This document shows positions 37,534 through 52,326 of a DNA stretch of 64,000 nucleotides, one piece after another. This DNA is from Octopus bimaculoides (taxonomy: Eukaryota). The position numbers and the translations under genes are program-made. The stretch is taken from assembly GCF_001194135.2 (NCBI RefSeq), contig NC_068982.1, positions 28,564,641-28,628,640 on the forward strand. Direction: 5' to 3'. The first letter of the stretch is position 1. Each line of letters starts with the position of its first letter. A model generated the notes under the pieces. It searched no databases. It was not told where the DNA came from and saw nothing but the letters and a program-made list of their open reading frames with translations.

Positions 37534-39891
37534 ATATTTGATTTCAGGGTGGGATAAACTCTTTACGGCGACCAACACTGAATTTGTCTTCAACCTATAG
37601 ACCATATGCACAAAGACGAAAAACAACACTTTTTGTAAGAGGAAAATTTTGAATTCGTTTTACTTAAAAAAGGGGGAAATTTCCATCATCATCACTTGAT
37701 AAAATACAAAGTTTAAAACTCATGTACAATAGTGGTTGCAGCAATACGTAGAGGCAGAGCAACAGACTTACCAGTTGAATACGGGTTCAAGATATTAACA
37801 TCAAACGTAACGCTTCTCATGCATGTTTGAAAGAACCATAAAAAGAAAAACTGATATACAAATGCAGCTATATATGATGGACAAATCGTGAAGATAAGGA
37901 AGGGAAAACTAACTTGACAGAAAACTAATAGCTATCTGTTTTCCTTAATCAAAATATATACAATTTAAATGACTTGCTAAAACGTTTACTACGAGGTCAC
38001 TGCGTATACAACAAAAATTTACAAAAAGATATGCTGAACTGAAGAGTTTTTAGTCAATAACGCTGTTCTGCTCGAAGTCATAAAGCATCATAGAGACATG
38101 ACAGAATGGTTTGATTATAGAGAGGCGTCTGACTACATGCCATGCTCATGGTTGTTGAAATGACTGCGTTTGTTAAAAGTACATAATGTTTTAGTTTCTG
38201 CCGTTGAAAGGTTTAGAAGATCTGGTCAGCTTTCTTCACAAATGTGAAAGAAATCATGTCTGATATTAATGTTTCCAAAACAATCTTTCAAGAAGACAGT
38301 CTGTAATTTTATTTACTTTCCTACTGAATCAATTGTCATCTCTTTTGTTTACAAAAGTCCGGTGGCTATATGAGAATGTATATGAAGAAATAAGAAACAC
38401 GATTCCTCTAATTTCTTTTCTAACAACTTAAAGATTTACACCGAAATATCTGCAATACTAAACAGCTGGATTTAATATCAACATTTTTAGCTGATATAGA
38501 AATGAAATTTGGCTAGAAGAAATGTTTTTAGAGCATAGTTGAACATGGAACAGATATTTTTCTGAAGATAAACATTAAAATCGATTATATCTCTAACTCC
38601 ACACAGCTACTGCAAACACTTATGTTTTGACGAAAACATAGCACAAATAAAATATATTTAAAAAAGAGAGATGCCAAAGAGTATAGTACCATACTTTAAA
38701 ACCATACCACTTAGGGCTTGTTTTCTTCTTAAAACAAGACACTGTCCCACAAAATACTTCCTGTACCTGTACTGCTGTCGATATTTGGGCTACTTGAGTG
38801 GAAGACAGAGAAAATGCTCTCCATACATGCGAATGAAAGAATGAAAAGACTTGAATACGTCACAGAAATAGCGATATCCTTAGATTCTATAAGGTTTTTT
38901 ATCAAGTATATTTGACCATAACTCTATACCTGTATGCAGGCCTGGGTAAAGTTGCATTGAGGGTGATGTCAAGTTACTCATATATGCAAGTCTCATCCAT
39001 GCACGTCACTTATATTATCTATAGAAGAGGCCACTAATTTATGGTCGATACAGATTGGTAACAGTGTTGTAGGCTTTGCTATTAGATCACAGAGAGCAGT
39101 GTAAACACAACACTCTAACAGCTTAGTCAGCTTACCGCCCTAGATTGGTTGGCTTTATCGACCCTGTGAATATAAAAAAACAAAGTTAAGTTTGGAGGGA
39201 TTTGAACTTAAGCGCAGTGAGTCTAAACAAATGCCGTGAGGTTTTCTATCCAATACTCTAGTGACTCTTCCGATACACTGGTTTAACCACAAACGATATC
39301 GCTCAAGAAACAATGTAACAGAGGAGCGGTTGAAAATGAATCCGGTCGGCCTTAAGTTTTGTACCACTACCAACTATTGAATAGCATTAACAAAACTAAA
39401 TACCTACACCTAGTACTCGGATGTGAGGAGAGAAACATTTCATCATTTGAGAGTGAGGTCCTTGAGAAGAAGGTTATAAAGTCTCCGATAATATTCCTGA
39501 AACTGTTGGTCGAGCATATTTACATATTTCAAAACAAAGAAAAGGTTATGTAGACTCATGATTCTCGGAAACTTGAGATTGGTGCCAATAACGGCAGGAA
39601 GTGTACTTTCTCTTGAACTACTGACCTTTACTCTACAACATATTTTGAAGAGCATGCTTTTGCTAACAAACGCAAGAAATAACTACCAGATTCTTGTTGA
39701 ACAAAGCACAAAGTGAAACCCTTAAAATTGGAAATGTCACAAAAAATGACGATTATGTCACATAGTTTCAGATGACATCACTCATGGTGTTAGAGCTGCT
39801 CCAAAATGTCACTATCTTCCTGTGTGTCATGCATCAAGTTATTGCTAAAACAAATGCATTTCCTACAGAAGAAAGGACTGAGCAGACACAA

Positions 39892-39977
<86 letters not shown>

Positions 39978-40119
39978 ATGTAAAGTAAAGTTCTGAGGAT
40001 GTGTCTGTTCATATTTTCAAATGAAGTGATATCAGTAGAATATTTTCTTCAAATCCCCCACTAAAATACAAGCCTGAAATAACTGTTTGGGACAAGAAAC
40101 AAATGTATATATATATTTT

Positions 40120-40321
40120 TTCTTTTCTCGTTTCTTTGTTTCAATCATTTGACTGCAGACATGCTGAAGTACCGCCTTTAGTCGGAGAAATCGACCCCAG
40201 GACCTATTCTTTGTAAACCTAGTACTTATTCTATCGGTTTCTTTTGTCGAACCGGTAAGTAACGTAAAAACATCAGTTGTCAAGCGATGGTGGGGGACAA
40301 ACACAGACACACAGACACACA

Positions 40322-40330
<9 letters not shown>
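40120..40330 (-). mobile_element. SINE family B, 3' half
   Basis: ctagtacttattctatcgg...gttgtcaagcgatggtgggggacaaacacagac matches the 28220-28330 copy. Confidence 0.8.
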
Positions 40331-40361
<31 letters not shown>

Positions 40362-40369
40362 TTCATATA

Positions 40370-40572
40370 TACGAGGAAGTGCTGAAAAGTTCCTGGCTTT
40401 AAGGGTATCGCGGAAGGCCTGGTTGGAGACCCAACTTTCCGAGTTCTTTTACAGTGTTTAGAAAGCTGAAGGACTGCGGCAATAAGTGTGTGAATCTGAG
40501 AGAGGAATATGTTTAATAAAATCATAATAACTGATCCTCCTGCATTTTCTTTTACCCAAAGCAACCCTCGTA
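40370..40572 (+). mobile_element. Tc1/mariner-type MITE
   Basis: Starts tacgaggaagtgctgaaaagttcctgg, ends gcaaccctcgta, TA-flanked; homologous to 13825-14040. Confidence 0.85.
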
Positions 40573-41898
40573 TAGTTGTGTGTGTTTGTATATTTACAAG
40601 AAAACTGTGACAGTGACTTCGAAGTTTTCGTCAGTCTGGTGAAGTCACATAGCTTTTGCTATGTCACTCGATATTACGTCAATGTCACTCAAGCTTTTTC
40701 CTTCAGTAAATTTTTGACTGTATTTACGACTGCACAAAAGAACGTATATTAACATATGTGTTTATGCGCGTGCGTGTGTTTGCGTGTATTTGAATGTCAG
40801 CGGCCATGTATAACCACTCTTAGAAATGTGCGTTACTAAATTGTGCTTTTCTTATATTTTTGCGTTAAACGGAATGAAAGAATGGTGTTTTAATTTCATA
40901 TTCATGACTTACGCATGAAAGGTGGTTAATGAGCAGAAAGAATTTTGTCTAATGAATTTATTATTTTTAACCAACAAGTGAAATTTTATTCCATCCATCG
41001 ACTATAAAAGGATATTTTACTTTTCGTACGTAGGCGAGACAAAAACTACATCCTGATCTTGAAACATTTCTCAGAATTATATTGAGCTGCAATAATATAT
41101 TCGTCATCGTATACAATTATACTGTATTAGCACACACTAAATTGATGTCATCTATTTGACCAATTTTTATAATTAACAACTATCTTCGCAGTTTTTACTC
41201 AGTAACATCAACGATAAGCATTTCTCCTACATAATCGTTTTAAGTTACAAAACAAAAACAAGCACACAGCCATCTTTTTCTTAAGAGCAATATATTTTGA
41301 TGATCATAAAAAGGTTTCGTTACACAGCTAAGCTATTGTAAATAATATATGAAGCATTTTACTGATTGGCATGCCATTCATTTTCAATCTCTGACGCGTC
41401 ACCCCTCAGAGAACAGTGTATACAATGTTTCTGGAAGTAAATGTTCCAAAAATTATCTGTCTACCCACACGAATACCTACGCAAATGAATGCGTGATTAT
41501 ACAATCAACAACAGAGACGAATTTGTATATCTTAATACCAGCTAAACAAAAGTCACATAAATAAAATAAAATAGTAGTAAGTGCAATAAAACACTATCAC
41601 TCAATAAAGTCTGAAAATCTATAAAATAGCATTATGGTGAAATGTTATAGATTTCATTTTATTAAGTATGTATCAACGATTTGTTATTCGAACAGTTCAC
41701 AGCGAAGGAATAAACAGCAAAAATAAAAAGTACTTGGTATGTTTAAATATAATAGTTCCTCGTAAAGAAGACACTTCAAAAATTCTTTTATATCGAAGAT
41801 TGTAAAGGTTTCCGTTTAAAATCAAGGATGTTAGAAATGGCCGTAGGTATCTACATATCGATAAAATTTGTACAGGACACACATATAAACGCACGGGT

Positions 41899-42001
<103 letters not shown>

Positions 42002-43244
42002 AATATATATATGGTTCATCTCACGCGTAATACGCTTTTGGGTTAATATTTAGATTATTAGGTAATCATATTTCTTCTTATTACTTAACAAATTTATAAT
42101 TAGTTATTTTTCTTCGCGGGTTATGTACTGACCAAAACTTGCTGCCATGAGTATCCATGTGGACATTTTTCTCGATTGTCTAAAAGTATTTTTCTCTGCA
42201 ACTTAACGTGCAGATATAAGCCATTACTACTAATTTTTAACGTAAGATATTTTATTTCGATTTAATTGAAGATACTATAATTAGCTCAAGTATATGAATA
42301 TTTACAGACTATGAAACTTTAGCTAGATAGAAATTTGTAAATCCATTATGGAATTAAATAGTTATATATTCCCGCAAATAGTAAACAATAAGACGTTTGA
42401 ATTACCCCTTATTTAAACGGGTATGAGCACTTAAAATTTTGGCATAGGACTGACCTCAAATTTATTTGTTGGGTTAAATGGTTTCTTTCCACCGTTTTTG
42501 CGGAAACAATATCATGTAATCTGACAAATCTGAACTCCCCAATATACAAATTTCACAAGCTTCATTGGTACTTTGAATCTGCCTTTCTACCTTTGCTTTC
42601 GCTAAAATTTATTTTAGGAAGATCGTTTTCAAAAACTTTAAAAGCGAACTATAAGGATTATTCTGAAATATCGTCTGCTTCGGTGAACCTCTTTCTTGTA
42701 CCGGTTGATTACACTAAACTATGTTTAGTGACTTTTAATGTTCGAAGGAAATGTTTTAACTTTCCTGCACTCATTTTTCAGAGACGTTTGACTAAGATGT
42801 GGCATTAATTTTGATATATCTAGATATAGTGTAAAACTTTTATCAAATATTCTCAAAGCAACTCAAAGAAAATCTTTATAATATCTTACATTTTATGAAA
42901 ACGATTGGATAGATCGGTAGAACGCTTGTGAGAAAGTAATACATAGACGGATTGTTAGACTGATAGAGATAGGTAGATAGAGAGCCGTATGTCGGAGTAA
43001 ATAAAAATGAGTTTTGTGATTGAAGATCGTACTTGAATTTTCAATAATAAAAGAAACTTGTAAACGTCATTTTAATGAAAATGTAGTAAGATAAGAATTT
43101 ATAAGAATTTTCTAGACATTATAGATTTTAATAATCGCTTTCTTTTAGAGGAATTTACAGCTGTGTGTTTTACACACACACGCACACACACACACACACA
43201 CATACACACACACATACATGTATATAGCATAAATAAGGAAACTG

Positions 43245-43285
<41 letters not shown>

Positions 43286-43364
43286 GCATAAGATATATAT
43301 ACACGTATATTTTTACACATATGTGTGTGTAAATGTGCATATGTGTATATATAAATATATTATG

Positions 43365-43414
<50 letters not shown>

Positions 43415-44019
43415 CAGAAAGAGAAAGAGAGAGAAGGAGGGAGAGAGAGAAAGAGATCGGGGAGGGAGACAGCGAAATAGATAGTCAGACAGACAGAGCC
43501 ATAGACAAATTGATAATTAGATAGTGGTGTAACAACATGGCTCTTTTTAAACAGCACAAATATAGTGTGCATGGTATTGTCACACTTAAATTTTCTGCGA
43601 TTGTATCTCCATCATATTTTAAAGTTGTGTAACACTGGCTGCAAAGATGCACAAAACTCTTTAGAGAGGTCAAAAGTATGTTTTGAAAAGTAATGGAATG
43701 TTATCTTTTAGTTTAGTAACTTATAAACGCTCTTAGAAAATGCACTATTTTTAGCGAAGGATTGCGAATCTATGAATAGTCTAGGCATTTAATGTTGAAA
43801 TTATATTTTCATTTACCATGAAACAAGCAAGAACAAAGAACTGAAGTGTAAAGATAACAAGTGTTAAGAAATTTTGTTAATAAACAGTGTGAGTTTTTTA
43901 AAAAATGGTGGACCTATTGTGGTCTTTAGTTTTCATTGTTTGAAAATCTCATTGCTATGCAAAATAGCTATGTTTCCAAAGCGTCTACAAATCCTGAAAT
44001 TTAGAAGATTGTAAATATT

Positions 44020-44235
44020 CTTTTTCACTTTAGACACAACGGGCGAAATTTTTGAGGAGGGGACCAGTCGATTAGATCGCCCCCAGTACGCGACTGGTAC
44101 TTAATTTATTGACTCCGAAAAGATGAAAGGCAAAATCGACCTCGGTGGAATTTCAACTCGGAATGTAAATACAGGCGAAATATCGCTATGCATTTCGCCC
44201 AGCGTGCTAACGATTTTGCCAGCTCGCCGCTTTAA
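44020..44235 (-). mobile_element. SINE family A, full length
   Basis: Perfect 15-bp TSD aagattgtaaatatt at 44005-44019 and 44236-44250. Confidence 0.93.
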
Positions 44236-44771
44236 AAGATTGTAAATATTGTGACAACTGGTGTCCTTTAGGTTTCTAAAATTTATAGCTTTATGTATAT
44301 CAGGCGGTGAATTATAGTCGTTGCGTCGTTGGTAGAATATCTTGAATTATTTGCTACGACGCTTTAACATCTGAGATCAAATGCCGCCAAGGTTAGGTTT
44401 GCCTTTTATTCTTTCTGGGTCGATAAAATCGTTCCGAACAACGGCGGTGGGTTGGTATAACTTTTAGAACGTTGCATAAGATGTCTTGTGATACTGGTTT
44501 CGGCACTTTCAGTTATGTCAGCAACGATCGCGATGACACTGCTCCCAGTCTGCATCGGCCCTCAGGCAGTATCTCTTTCTCTTCAATAACATAAATGCTG
44601 TGGAGAGGAAAGAGCTTCTATGCATGGGTAACTGACAGTCTTCATAAAAAACCCGCCCTCATATCGAAGACTTTCTAGTTTAATTGTAAACCTATAGCCA
44701 AACTTGGCCAAAATTGGTCACAGTAGTTAGTACATAGACGATTTTATATTCGAATTGTCTCAATGTCGGTA

Positions 44772-45130
44772 TACTCTTTTCTACTTTAGACACGAGGCCC
44801 GAAATTTTGTGGTAGAGGACCAATCGATTAGATCGACCCCCGTGCGCAACTGGTATTTAATTTATCGACCCCTAAAGGATGAAAGGCAAAATCGACCTTG
44901 GCGCAGTTGGAACTCAGAACGTAAAGACAGACGAAATACCGCTAAGCATTTCACCCGACATGCTAACGTTTCTTTTCTACTCTAGGCACAAGGCACAAAA
45001 TTTTGAGGGAGGGGGGGGCACTCGATTAGATCGACCCAGTACGCAACTGGTACTTAATTTATCGACCCCGAAAGGATGAAAGGCAAAGTCGACCTCGGCG
45101 GAATTTGAATTCAGAACTTAAAGACAGACG
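44772..45130 (-). mobile_element. Two nested or tandem SINE family A copies (44772-44968, 44969-45130)
   Basis: Both begin (plus strand) cttttctact(c/t)tag(g/a)cac(a/g)aggc and carry ttaatttatcgaccc...gaaaggcaaa. Confidence 0.85.
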
Positions 45131-46369
45131 TCTTTAAATGTAGATATACTGCGCTCACTATATCAGAAATAGCACTATATTATCTAAGACAATGTAATTT
45201 TTGACACGGCTTGTATAAGTTATACAGATAATGCATTTAAATATAACCTACAGAAACTAGTGAAGGTCAGATTAAATGATGAATCAATGTATGAAGAGCA
45301 ACCATTTTTCTATTGCGAGAATCTAAAATATGTAAGAGTTAAATAAATATAATTTATCTCACAGGAAAATATTTTGTCAACTATCATATTTGTGTCTGCA
45401 ATACATAGTTTGTCATGCATATTGGGTTTAATTAACTTTCATCCATTTTCAAAGAGCTTTTACAATTTGCATTACTTAAAGATAGCATTCGAAATTATGA
45501 AAAAATGTTTTAATGTCTTGAAAGAGTTTAGATGTGTCTAATTAAATGCCAAACAGATATACGAAGAGAGGTTTCCATTATCTTGTTTACTGTTCTAGCT
45601 AATCATCAATCTGGTGTTATCAAGGCAAAGGCTTAAAAACTGTAATTTCATTCTTCTCTGTTTCAGCAAGGTTATTTTCTTACAGCGATGCTTTCTCAAG
45701 GAAGACAAAATTGTTTTTTCAGAATCTGTTTTTTTTTAAAAAAAAGGTCAGAATTTCAAAGATTATTTATTACATATTTATTCTTCTATACACCCGGCAT
45801 TCCAAAGGCTACCGCCTTTTTTGCACTGGAGCTTGAAATTAAGATAGATTGTGAGTAAATTAACCTTGTTCGAAATTCTTAGCTAAAATTTAAAACAGCA
45901 ATCATATGGCAAATACAGTTGTATTTTGATTTACACTACGTTTAAGAAGTGCTCCAGAATATTCGGTATTTAATTATCCTTGAAAAGTGTTTTCAGAAAT
46001 GATTTACATCATCTACCTATTCTACTTAGTTCCCACCCACATTTACTCCAGACCAATATTTAATTAGAGTGTTTTTCCGATTATTAACAACGAAATCCTT
46101 AGGTCATATGTTTAATAGGTTTCATAATAAGAAATAATTATTTGTCAAATGTTTGCGGACCTGTGTAAAGTTTGAAAATATTTGAACTATGTGAATAGCT
46201 TTTTACTTGACACAAATTTCAACAATGTTGCTGACATGATTAAACAGATACGTCGTTAGAGTAATGCTGTGTTTTTCTCACAGTATAATAATTTCAGATT
46301 AGATTTTTTAATGCTCTCTTCATTAAATGTGCTAACACTAACCTAACTACGTATCGTTAATGTCGCAAT

Positions 46370-46510
46370 GTTTTATTTCTATTGAAGGATTGTAACGCAA
46401 ACTATGGAATAATCTCTCATCCTTTAATCAAACGTTTACATAGACTTTGTATGTCCTACCCAATTGAACATTTTAAGGTGGCTATAGATAAAGTCCTCTT
46501 GTTATGTAGG
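46370..46510 (+). mobile_element. Short degenerate CR1/L2-like RT C-terminal remnant
   Basis: RKLWNNLS and, after a frameshift, IEHFKVAIDKVL resemble the WNxLP...FKxxLDK end of CR1/L2 ORF2. Confidence 0.45.
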
Positions 46511-47754
46511 CCATATTTATATATCCATGTATGTATGTATGTATGTATGTATGTATGTATGTATGTATGTATGTATGTATGCACGTATGTACACATGCAT
46601 GCCTGTATGTATGTATGTATGTATGTATGTATGTATGTATGTATGTATGTATGTATTTGCTTGACCGCTAAATCTGCAAGTTTTTTTTTCATTCTCTCTC
46701 TGTTTATTTTCTCTTATTCCATTCTGNNNNNNNNNNATATATATATATATATATAATAGTTGAATTACTCGGTAATACCCGGAAAAGCGGGGATTATTTC
46801 CAGTTCCTGTTCCCATTACACTGTTTCATGTCCTATCTCTTCCCCTGTTTAGTTCCCGTTTAAATTACAAATTGATTTACAAGTACACGGTCACGTGTGA
46901 TAAATTTACAAATACTGGCAAGTAATACAGTTGAATCATAAAATGGATTGATTGTAATGGTATGGTGATATCAAAGTTGAATTGGTGGATGGTTGGAAGG
47001 ATGAGAGGATTGACAATGTGCGACTATGAAACAATTGATTGATAGTTGATTATTATCATAGCGAAAAATTGCACAAACCTGTCCTGAGCAGGAGGCTGAT
47101 CTGTCGGGGAAGGCCTAATCTGACATGGAATAAACAAAAAAAAAATATATATGACATTCTATTGTAAAAATTGCCCGACATCGACGGGATATTCATCTAT
47201 GGAAGAAAATGAAATGTAATTGCTGCAGTACGCCGATAAAGTTTCATAAATCTTAATACGATGATTTGAAAACAAATGCAAAATCACTTTACCTTTCACT
47301 TGTTAGTTTAACATCTTTTGTTAGACTAAAAGTTTTGACTGAGCATACGATAGTTAATTCACTAAGGTGTTAGGTAAAAATTAAGGAAGAAACTATTAAA
47401 ATTCGCTGTTCCCTTCAGTAAACACATTCTCTCTCTCCCGCTCTGTCCCTGTCTCTCGTTCTGTAGCTCTGTCTCTCACATTCTATCTCTCTGTCTCTCA
47501 CCGATATCAACCGCTGTCATTATGCCAATAAGATTCCGATAAACTAATATTAATATGAAACTAATACAATGGACAGATAAAAAAATGGAATTAAATTATT
47601 ATATATATAAACAAAATATAATAAATTAATTTAAATTAAATTAATACAAAAAAGAAAGAAATGAAAAAGTAGATAAAAACAAATGAATAAAATAAATAAA
47701 AGTAACTTAAACGAATGTGAATAAACAGGGGATACTGATAATGCAGGTACCATA

Positions 47755-48103
47755 CACATTCTCACACTTACTAAACATAGACACACACAAGGATATACGC
47801 ATGTGCAAATAAAGCCACACAGGGATATACGCAAGCACAAATAAAGACATATAACGGGAATACAAAATGATAGATCGTTAGGAAGGAGAGATACAAAAAC
47901 GAAAGAAGAAAGCAAAGGACCACTGATGACGTCACAGATGTGTGACTAAAGGACTCTGGCCGAAGTACAATTAAAATAAAACTGAAGCAAGTGAACACCA
48001 AATATATAGTGCGTGTGTTTTCATTGGCTAAACTTGCAGCATGACCATCCCCAAATACAACAATATCTCTTTCAACACACGAATTCACATCAAGAATCTT
48101 GCA

Positions 48104-48105
<2 letters not shown>
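47755..48105 (+). mobile_element. Hammerhead-bearing dispersed repeat, copy 1 (Penelope-like pLTR or retrozyme-like)
   Basis: Colinear with 57000-57345; ends at (TA)n; contains the HHR motif at 47917-47961. Confidence 0.7.
47917..47961 (+). ncRNA. Minimal type-I hammerhead ribozyme, core-mutated (G12->U), probably inactive
   Basis: GGACCA-CUGAUGA-C-GUCACA(GAUG)UGUGAC-UAAA-G(GA)C-UC-UGGCC. Confidence 0.65.
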
Positions 48106-48143
<38 letters not shown>

Positions 48144-49577
48144 ATACACACACATGGTAATGATTGTTTTTATGTCAGATTATTCATAAAACCTATTTAT
48201 TATGAAATTGAAAGGTTTATCAACACATTTTAGTGGGCTAAATATTTATTAATTTTAATAAGGCGAAGGTTGACAGTGACATGGCAGTTTCTGCTTGCCC
48301 CCAGCTACAAGTCTGTCAAGACACACACACACACACACACACGTAGATAGACAGATAGACGGACAGAAAAACACCTTAATAGTAAATCAACTTGTAACTT
48401 GAAATATGACTCATATTATTTCCTTTAAATTTTCTTTATATCATTTCCTGAATGATATTTTAAGCAGGATGATATAGTGGTTTACGATTAGGACGACGTA
48501 GAAGTTTGAAAATAACAAGCTACCAAAGCTTTATGTAATGCTATCAAATAGATATACAATAAGCATAATTGTACACGCGTAAAAATAATGACTGTATACA
48601 AATCTGTCTCGACTGTTATTTTCATCTTTATATGAGTCCTTCACGCGTGTAACTTTCTAATTCATTGCAACTTTGAACGTCAGGCCAGAATCAGACCGTG
48701 ACCATATTTTATTAAGGAACAGAATGTATGAAATATTTTTTGCGTGGATTTGTATACAAATATTTTGTCAATAAATTTGAGGTTAAAATATTCACAAACT
48801 TCAATCAACATTTTGACTGAGTGCTTGTCTAATATGATAAAGTATAAATACACTACTGTAACAAACATTTTTAGTTCATTGTGTTGTAGTTAAATTTTAT
48901 TTATTGCAATGGAATTAAAAACAAATATGTCTTGTCGCTATTCTCATAGCCCATAGTATCAGCCTCTCTCAATTCTGTGAAAAGACTATATAGATATGGA
49001 TGGTTGACGTATTATGTATTATGTGGGACTGGAACTTGACACTTTGATGCTTATAAATAAGTAATAATGTGCATAAAGCAAAAAGCAATATTTATTCAAC
49101 TCAGTTCAGCAATATTAACGTTATACAAGCACTAATAGTGTTTGTATTTATAGCGGAATAGAAAAAAAGGTATTGTAATGTTATCCGGTAACAAATAGAG
49201 AAAAAATATATAGTGTGTATTTATCATTTTACATACAAAATACATCTGGTAGTTGTTAAATATACGCTATGCTGCTCACATTGTGTCCGGGTGGGTTTTA
49301 TACGCTAACAATTTTATATTCGGCGCTTCAAAGTAATTTCTTTTATTTGCAGCAAATAGCTTGAAACTATGATTAATTGCAAATAAAATCTTCGGACCAC
49401 CTTATATTGCTACGTCTACAATTTTTACAAACAATTTAGTGTATAACTAATCTTTGTAGCTGTCAGAACCTTTTGTACATCTCTTCAACAGAAGACTAAG
49501 TACATGTAAGGATATTATATATGTTGCTTTCTAAACGGTACCATAACTACGCTAATCATAGATGTAATATTGCAGCA

Positions 49578-49800
49578 GATGATGGCTAACGACTGGCAGA
49601 ACTGTTAGCACGACTGGCAGAACTGTTAGCACGCCTAGCAAATGTTTAGCGATATTTCATCCGTCTTCACGTTCTGAGTTCAAATTCGGCCAAGATCGAC
49701 TTTGCATTTAATCCTTTTGAGGTCGATAAAATAGGTCAATGTAATTAGCTTACCCACCACCTCCGAAATTGCTGAGCTTGTGCCATAGTTTGAAAGCAGT
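49578..49800 (+). mobile_element. SINE family A with a 21-bp tandem duplication in its head
   Basis: cgactggcagaactgttagca occurs twice (49590-49631), followed by ctgagttcaaattcggcc. Confidence 0.8.
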
Positions 49801-49854
49801 ATTGCAGTAATTAAAGTAACGTTTTTGTTCTATCTCGGTTGACAAACTATATCG

Positions 49855-50170
49855 CAGTGAGATAGAAATATTTCTAAATACCTTTATACGTATAAATCAA
49901 AATGTATGATTTATTTCCAAAACTTCTAAGTATTATTACTGACATCCGCCGTTTCGTGATGCTTGAATAATTCTGGGAAAATTGCTGAAGGAAAGACAGT
50001 TGTTCCAAATTATTATAACACGTGTTGTATGATCCTTAGTCTTTTTCTACATCACTCATACATGCATTAATATAGCCATACGGTGTTTCAGTTGAGCACT
50101 CAAAGAAATAAGCACACAAGTGTAAATAAAAGTAAATCTTGAAACAAACACATAATTACACACACATGTA
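49855..50170 (+). repeat. Unclassified duplicated segment; second copy at 53059-53296
   Basis: Shared anchors cagtgag.ta.aaatatttcta, ttatttccaaaactt.taagta, ctgggaaaat, aaattatta.aaca.gtgtt. Confidence 0.8.
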
Positions 50171-50504
50171 TTTAAGAAACATTTCATAAATATACAGTTG
50201 CAGAATTTTGTTTGTAAAACATCACATGAAAAGGAATATGCTATGTCAATGGGCGGTATGTTGTAATCTTTTTTAGTCAAGAGGAATGTAGGACTTATGA
50301 CTCGTTACATGGCCTTAACGACTAAAGAGAGGGATAAAAATATCCAAAGACCGGAGATCTGGCTCAAATGTTTGCAACAGAGAGGAGTCCGCTTAAGGCA
50401 CCCAAGATGACAGGCGGTGGTATTAAACGGGACATGGTGGCCACAACGGTACTTGAGCTCAGTTCGGAAGCAGAAACGAATACTGCAAGGCATCTATAGA
50501 TACC

Positions 50505-52315
50505 GCCTGGGATTGTTACTTTTTTTATCGACCTCAAAAAAGATGAAAATATCCGGCACAGCGGAAAGTGAACTCGGAAGCATTCTTCCGGTGATCTAAG
50601 AGTCTGCCAATTTGCCGTATGATATAATCTTTTCTGGTATTAGCGTAAAGCCTGAAATTTTTTTGGGGTGGGCGGGGGAGATAAGTTAATTATATCGACC
50701 CCATAGCACAGCTGGTTATTATTTTATCATCCTCGAAAGGATGAAAGGAAAAGTCGACCACAGTGGAATTTGAACACAGAATGTAAAGACGAAAAAAAAA
50801 AAAAAGCTGCTAAGCATTTTATCCGTATGATAATGCAAAATTTACAATGACGTATGTTTCCTTGCGTTTTCTAAATATAGAAGATATTCAAAAAATTTGA
50901 AAGGAATTATTTGTCAAAAAAAAAACCATCGCATGAATAATCATTTTAAGTAGGTTGTCTGTAAATATTTGCGTGTGCGCGCGTGTATTATCATTCCATT
51001 GTGTATGTCTATTTACATGTGTGTCTGTATATATGCATGTATGTATGTGTATAAGTCTCTGTGGATGTTTGTATGTGTGCTTATGTTTTTCTAGCCCTAT
51101 TTGAGAATGGATTTGCTTCCTCGTAGCATTAGTGGTTCAACAAAAAGGGGCCGATAGAATAAGCTCTAGACTCAAACAATGGGATCAATTAAATCGACTG
51201 AACCCATCAGAACATTGCGACAGTATGGCCGCTGTCCAATGACTAAAACCAGCAAACGAATAATAGAATTACTGTTACAATTGGTTTCTTTTTACTAACA
51301 TTTGTGTATAAATACTGATACAATAGATAGTCTTTTCAATTAAAGGTACAATATTTTTTTCGCGGGGTGGGGTAGGGAATAAATCGGTTATATCGACCCC
51401 AGTGTTCAACGGTTACTTAGTTTATTGATCTCAGCGGAATTTGAACTCAGACAAAATACAAAATGCCACGAAGCATTTTGCCCGGCGTGCTAAAAAATTT
51501 GCTGCCAGCTCGCTGCCTCACCGATAGAATAGATGATATTTCTAATGTACTCAGATATTTACTGGAAATACTTTCGTTGCTATTATGCATAGTTTGATCG
51601 AAAGGACCGGCTATTGGAAGCAAAACTAAATATTGAATGGAAAAAAAAACCGCATTTGGCGAATTTGGACATACGACAGTTTAAGATAATAGCAACGTTT
51701 TGATGTTGAAAACAACCGACATGAAAAGCACTGAAATAGCATAGATTGTAACAAATGAAATAAAATAGGTGTGTGAAGAAACAATACTTCGGCTGTATCG
51801 TAGGCGATACTGCACCAAGGAAAATGTACGAGTAATATTGGTTTCAAACTGTGGCGCAAGGCTAGCTAGGGTTAAGAGGTTTACTCTATCACATCGATTC
51901 GAGTATTGAAATGGTATTTATTTTAACGACCTCTAAAGGCTGAAAGGCAAAGTGTACCCCTGATGGCGTTTGAACTAAGAACGTAAAGTCGGAAGAAATA
52001 CCATGTCAGAAAAATGCGTAGCGGCATATCTCCCCGTGCGATAACGATACTGTCAGCGCGTCACCTTAAAATGTATGAGTAACATTATTATTTAATTGAG
52101 GTGACGAGATGGCAGAATCGTTATCCCGCATGAAATATGCTTAGCGACGTTTCTCCCGATTTTATGTTTTGAGTTCAAATGCCATCGGAGTCGATTTTGT
52201 CGCTCATACCTTTGCGGTCGATAAGGTAAGTATTAGTTGGCCACTTAGGGCCATGTAATTGACTTGTTCCATTCCCCGAAGATGTTGTCCTTGTGCCTCA
52301 ATTTGAAACCAATAT
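50505..52315. mobile_element. Dense SINE cluster: A 50505-50615(-), A 50628-50830(-), B 3' part 51080-51260(+), A 51330-51520(-), A 51838-52070(-), A 52099-52312(+)
   Basis: Degenerate matches to the family A and B consensus blocks; limits are approximate. Confidence 0.72.
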
Positions 52316-52326
52316 TATTGCTTAAT

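Noticed and set aside
47927-47934. CRE palindrome TGACGTCA as a promoter element
   Set aside because: Absent from the paralogous copy (TGAGGTCA); it arises from the hammerhead core/stem II junction.
47771-48151. Minus-strand ORFs here and at 57013-57459 as paralogous membrane proteins
   Set aside because: Substitutions are mostly non-synonymous in this frame, the T-rich strand is naturally stop-poor, and the starts lie in microsatellites. The plus-strand hammerhead explains the conservation better.
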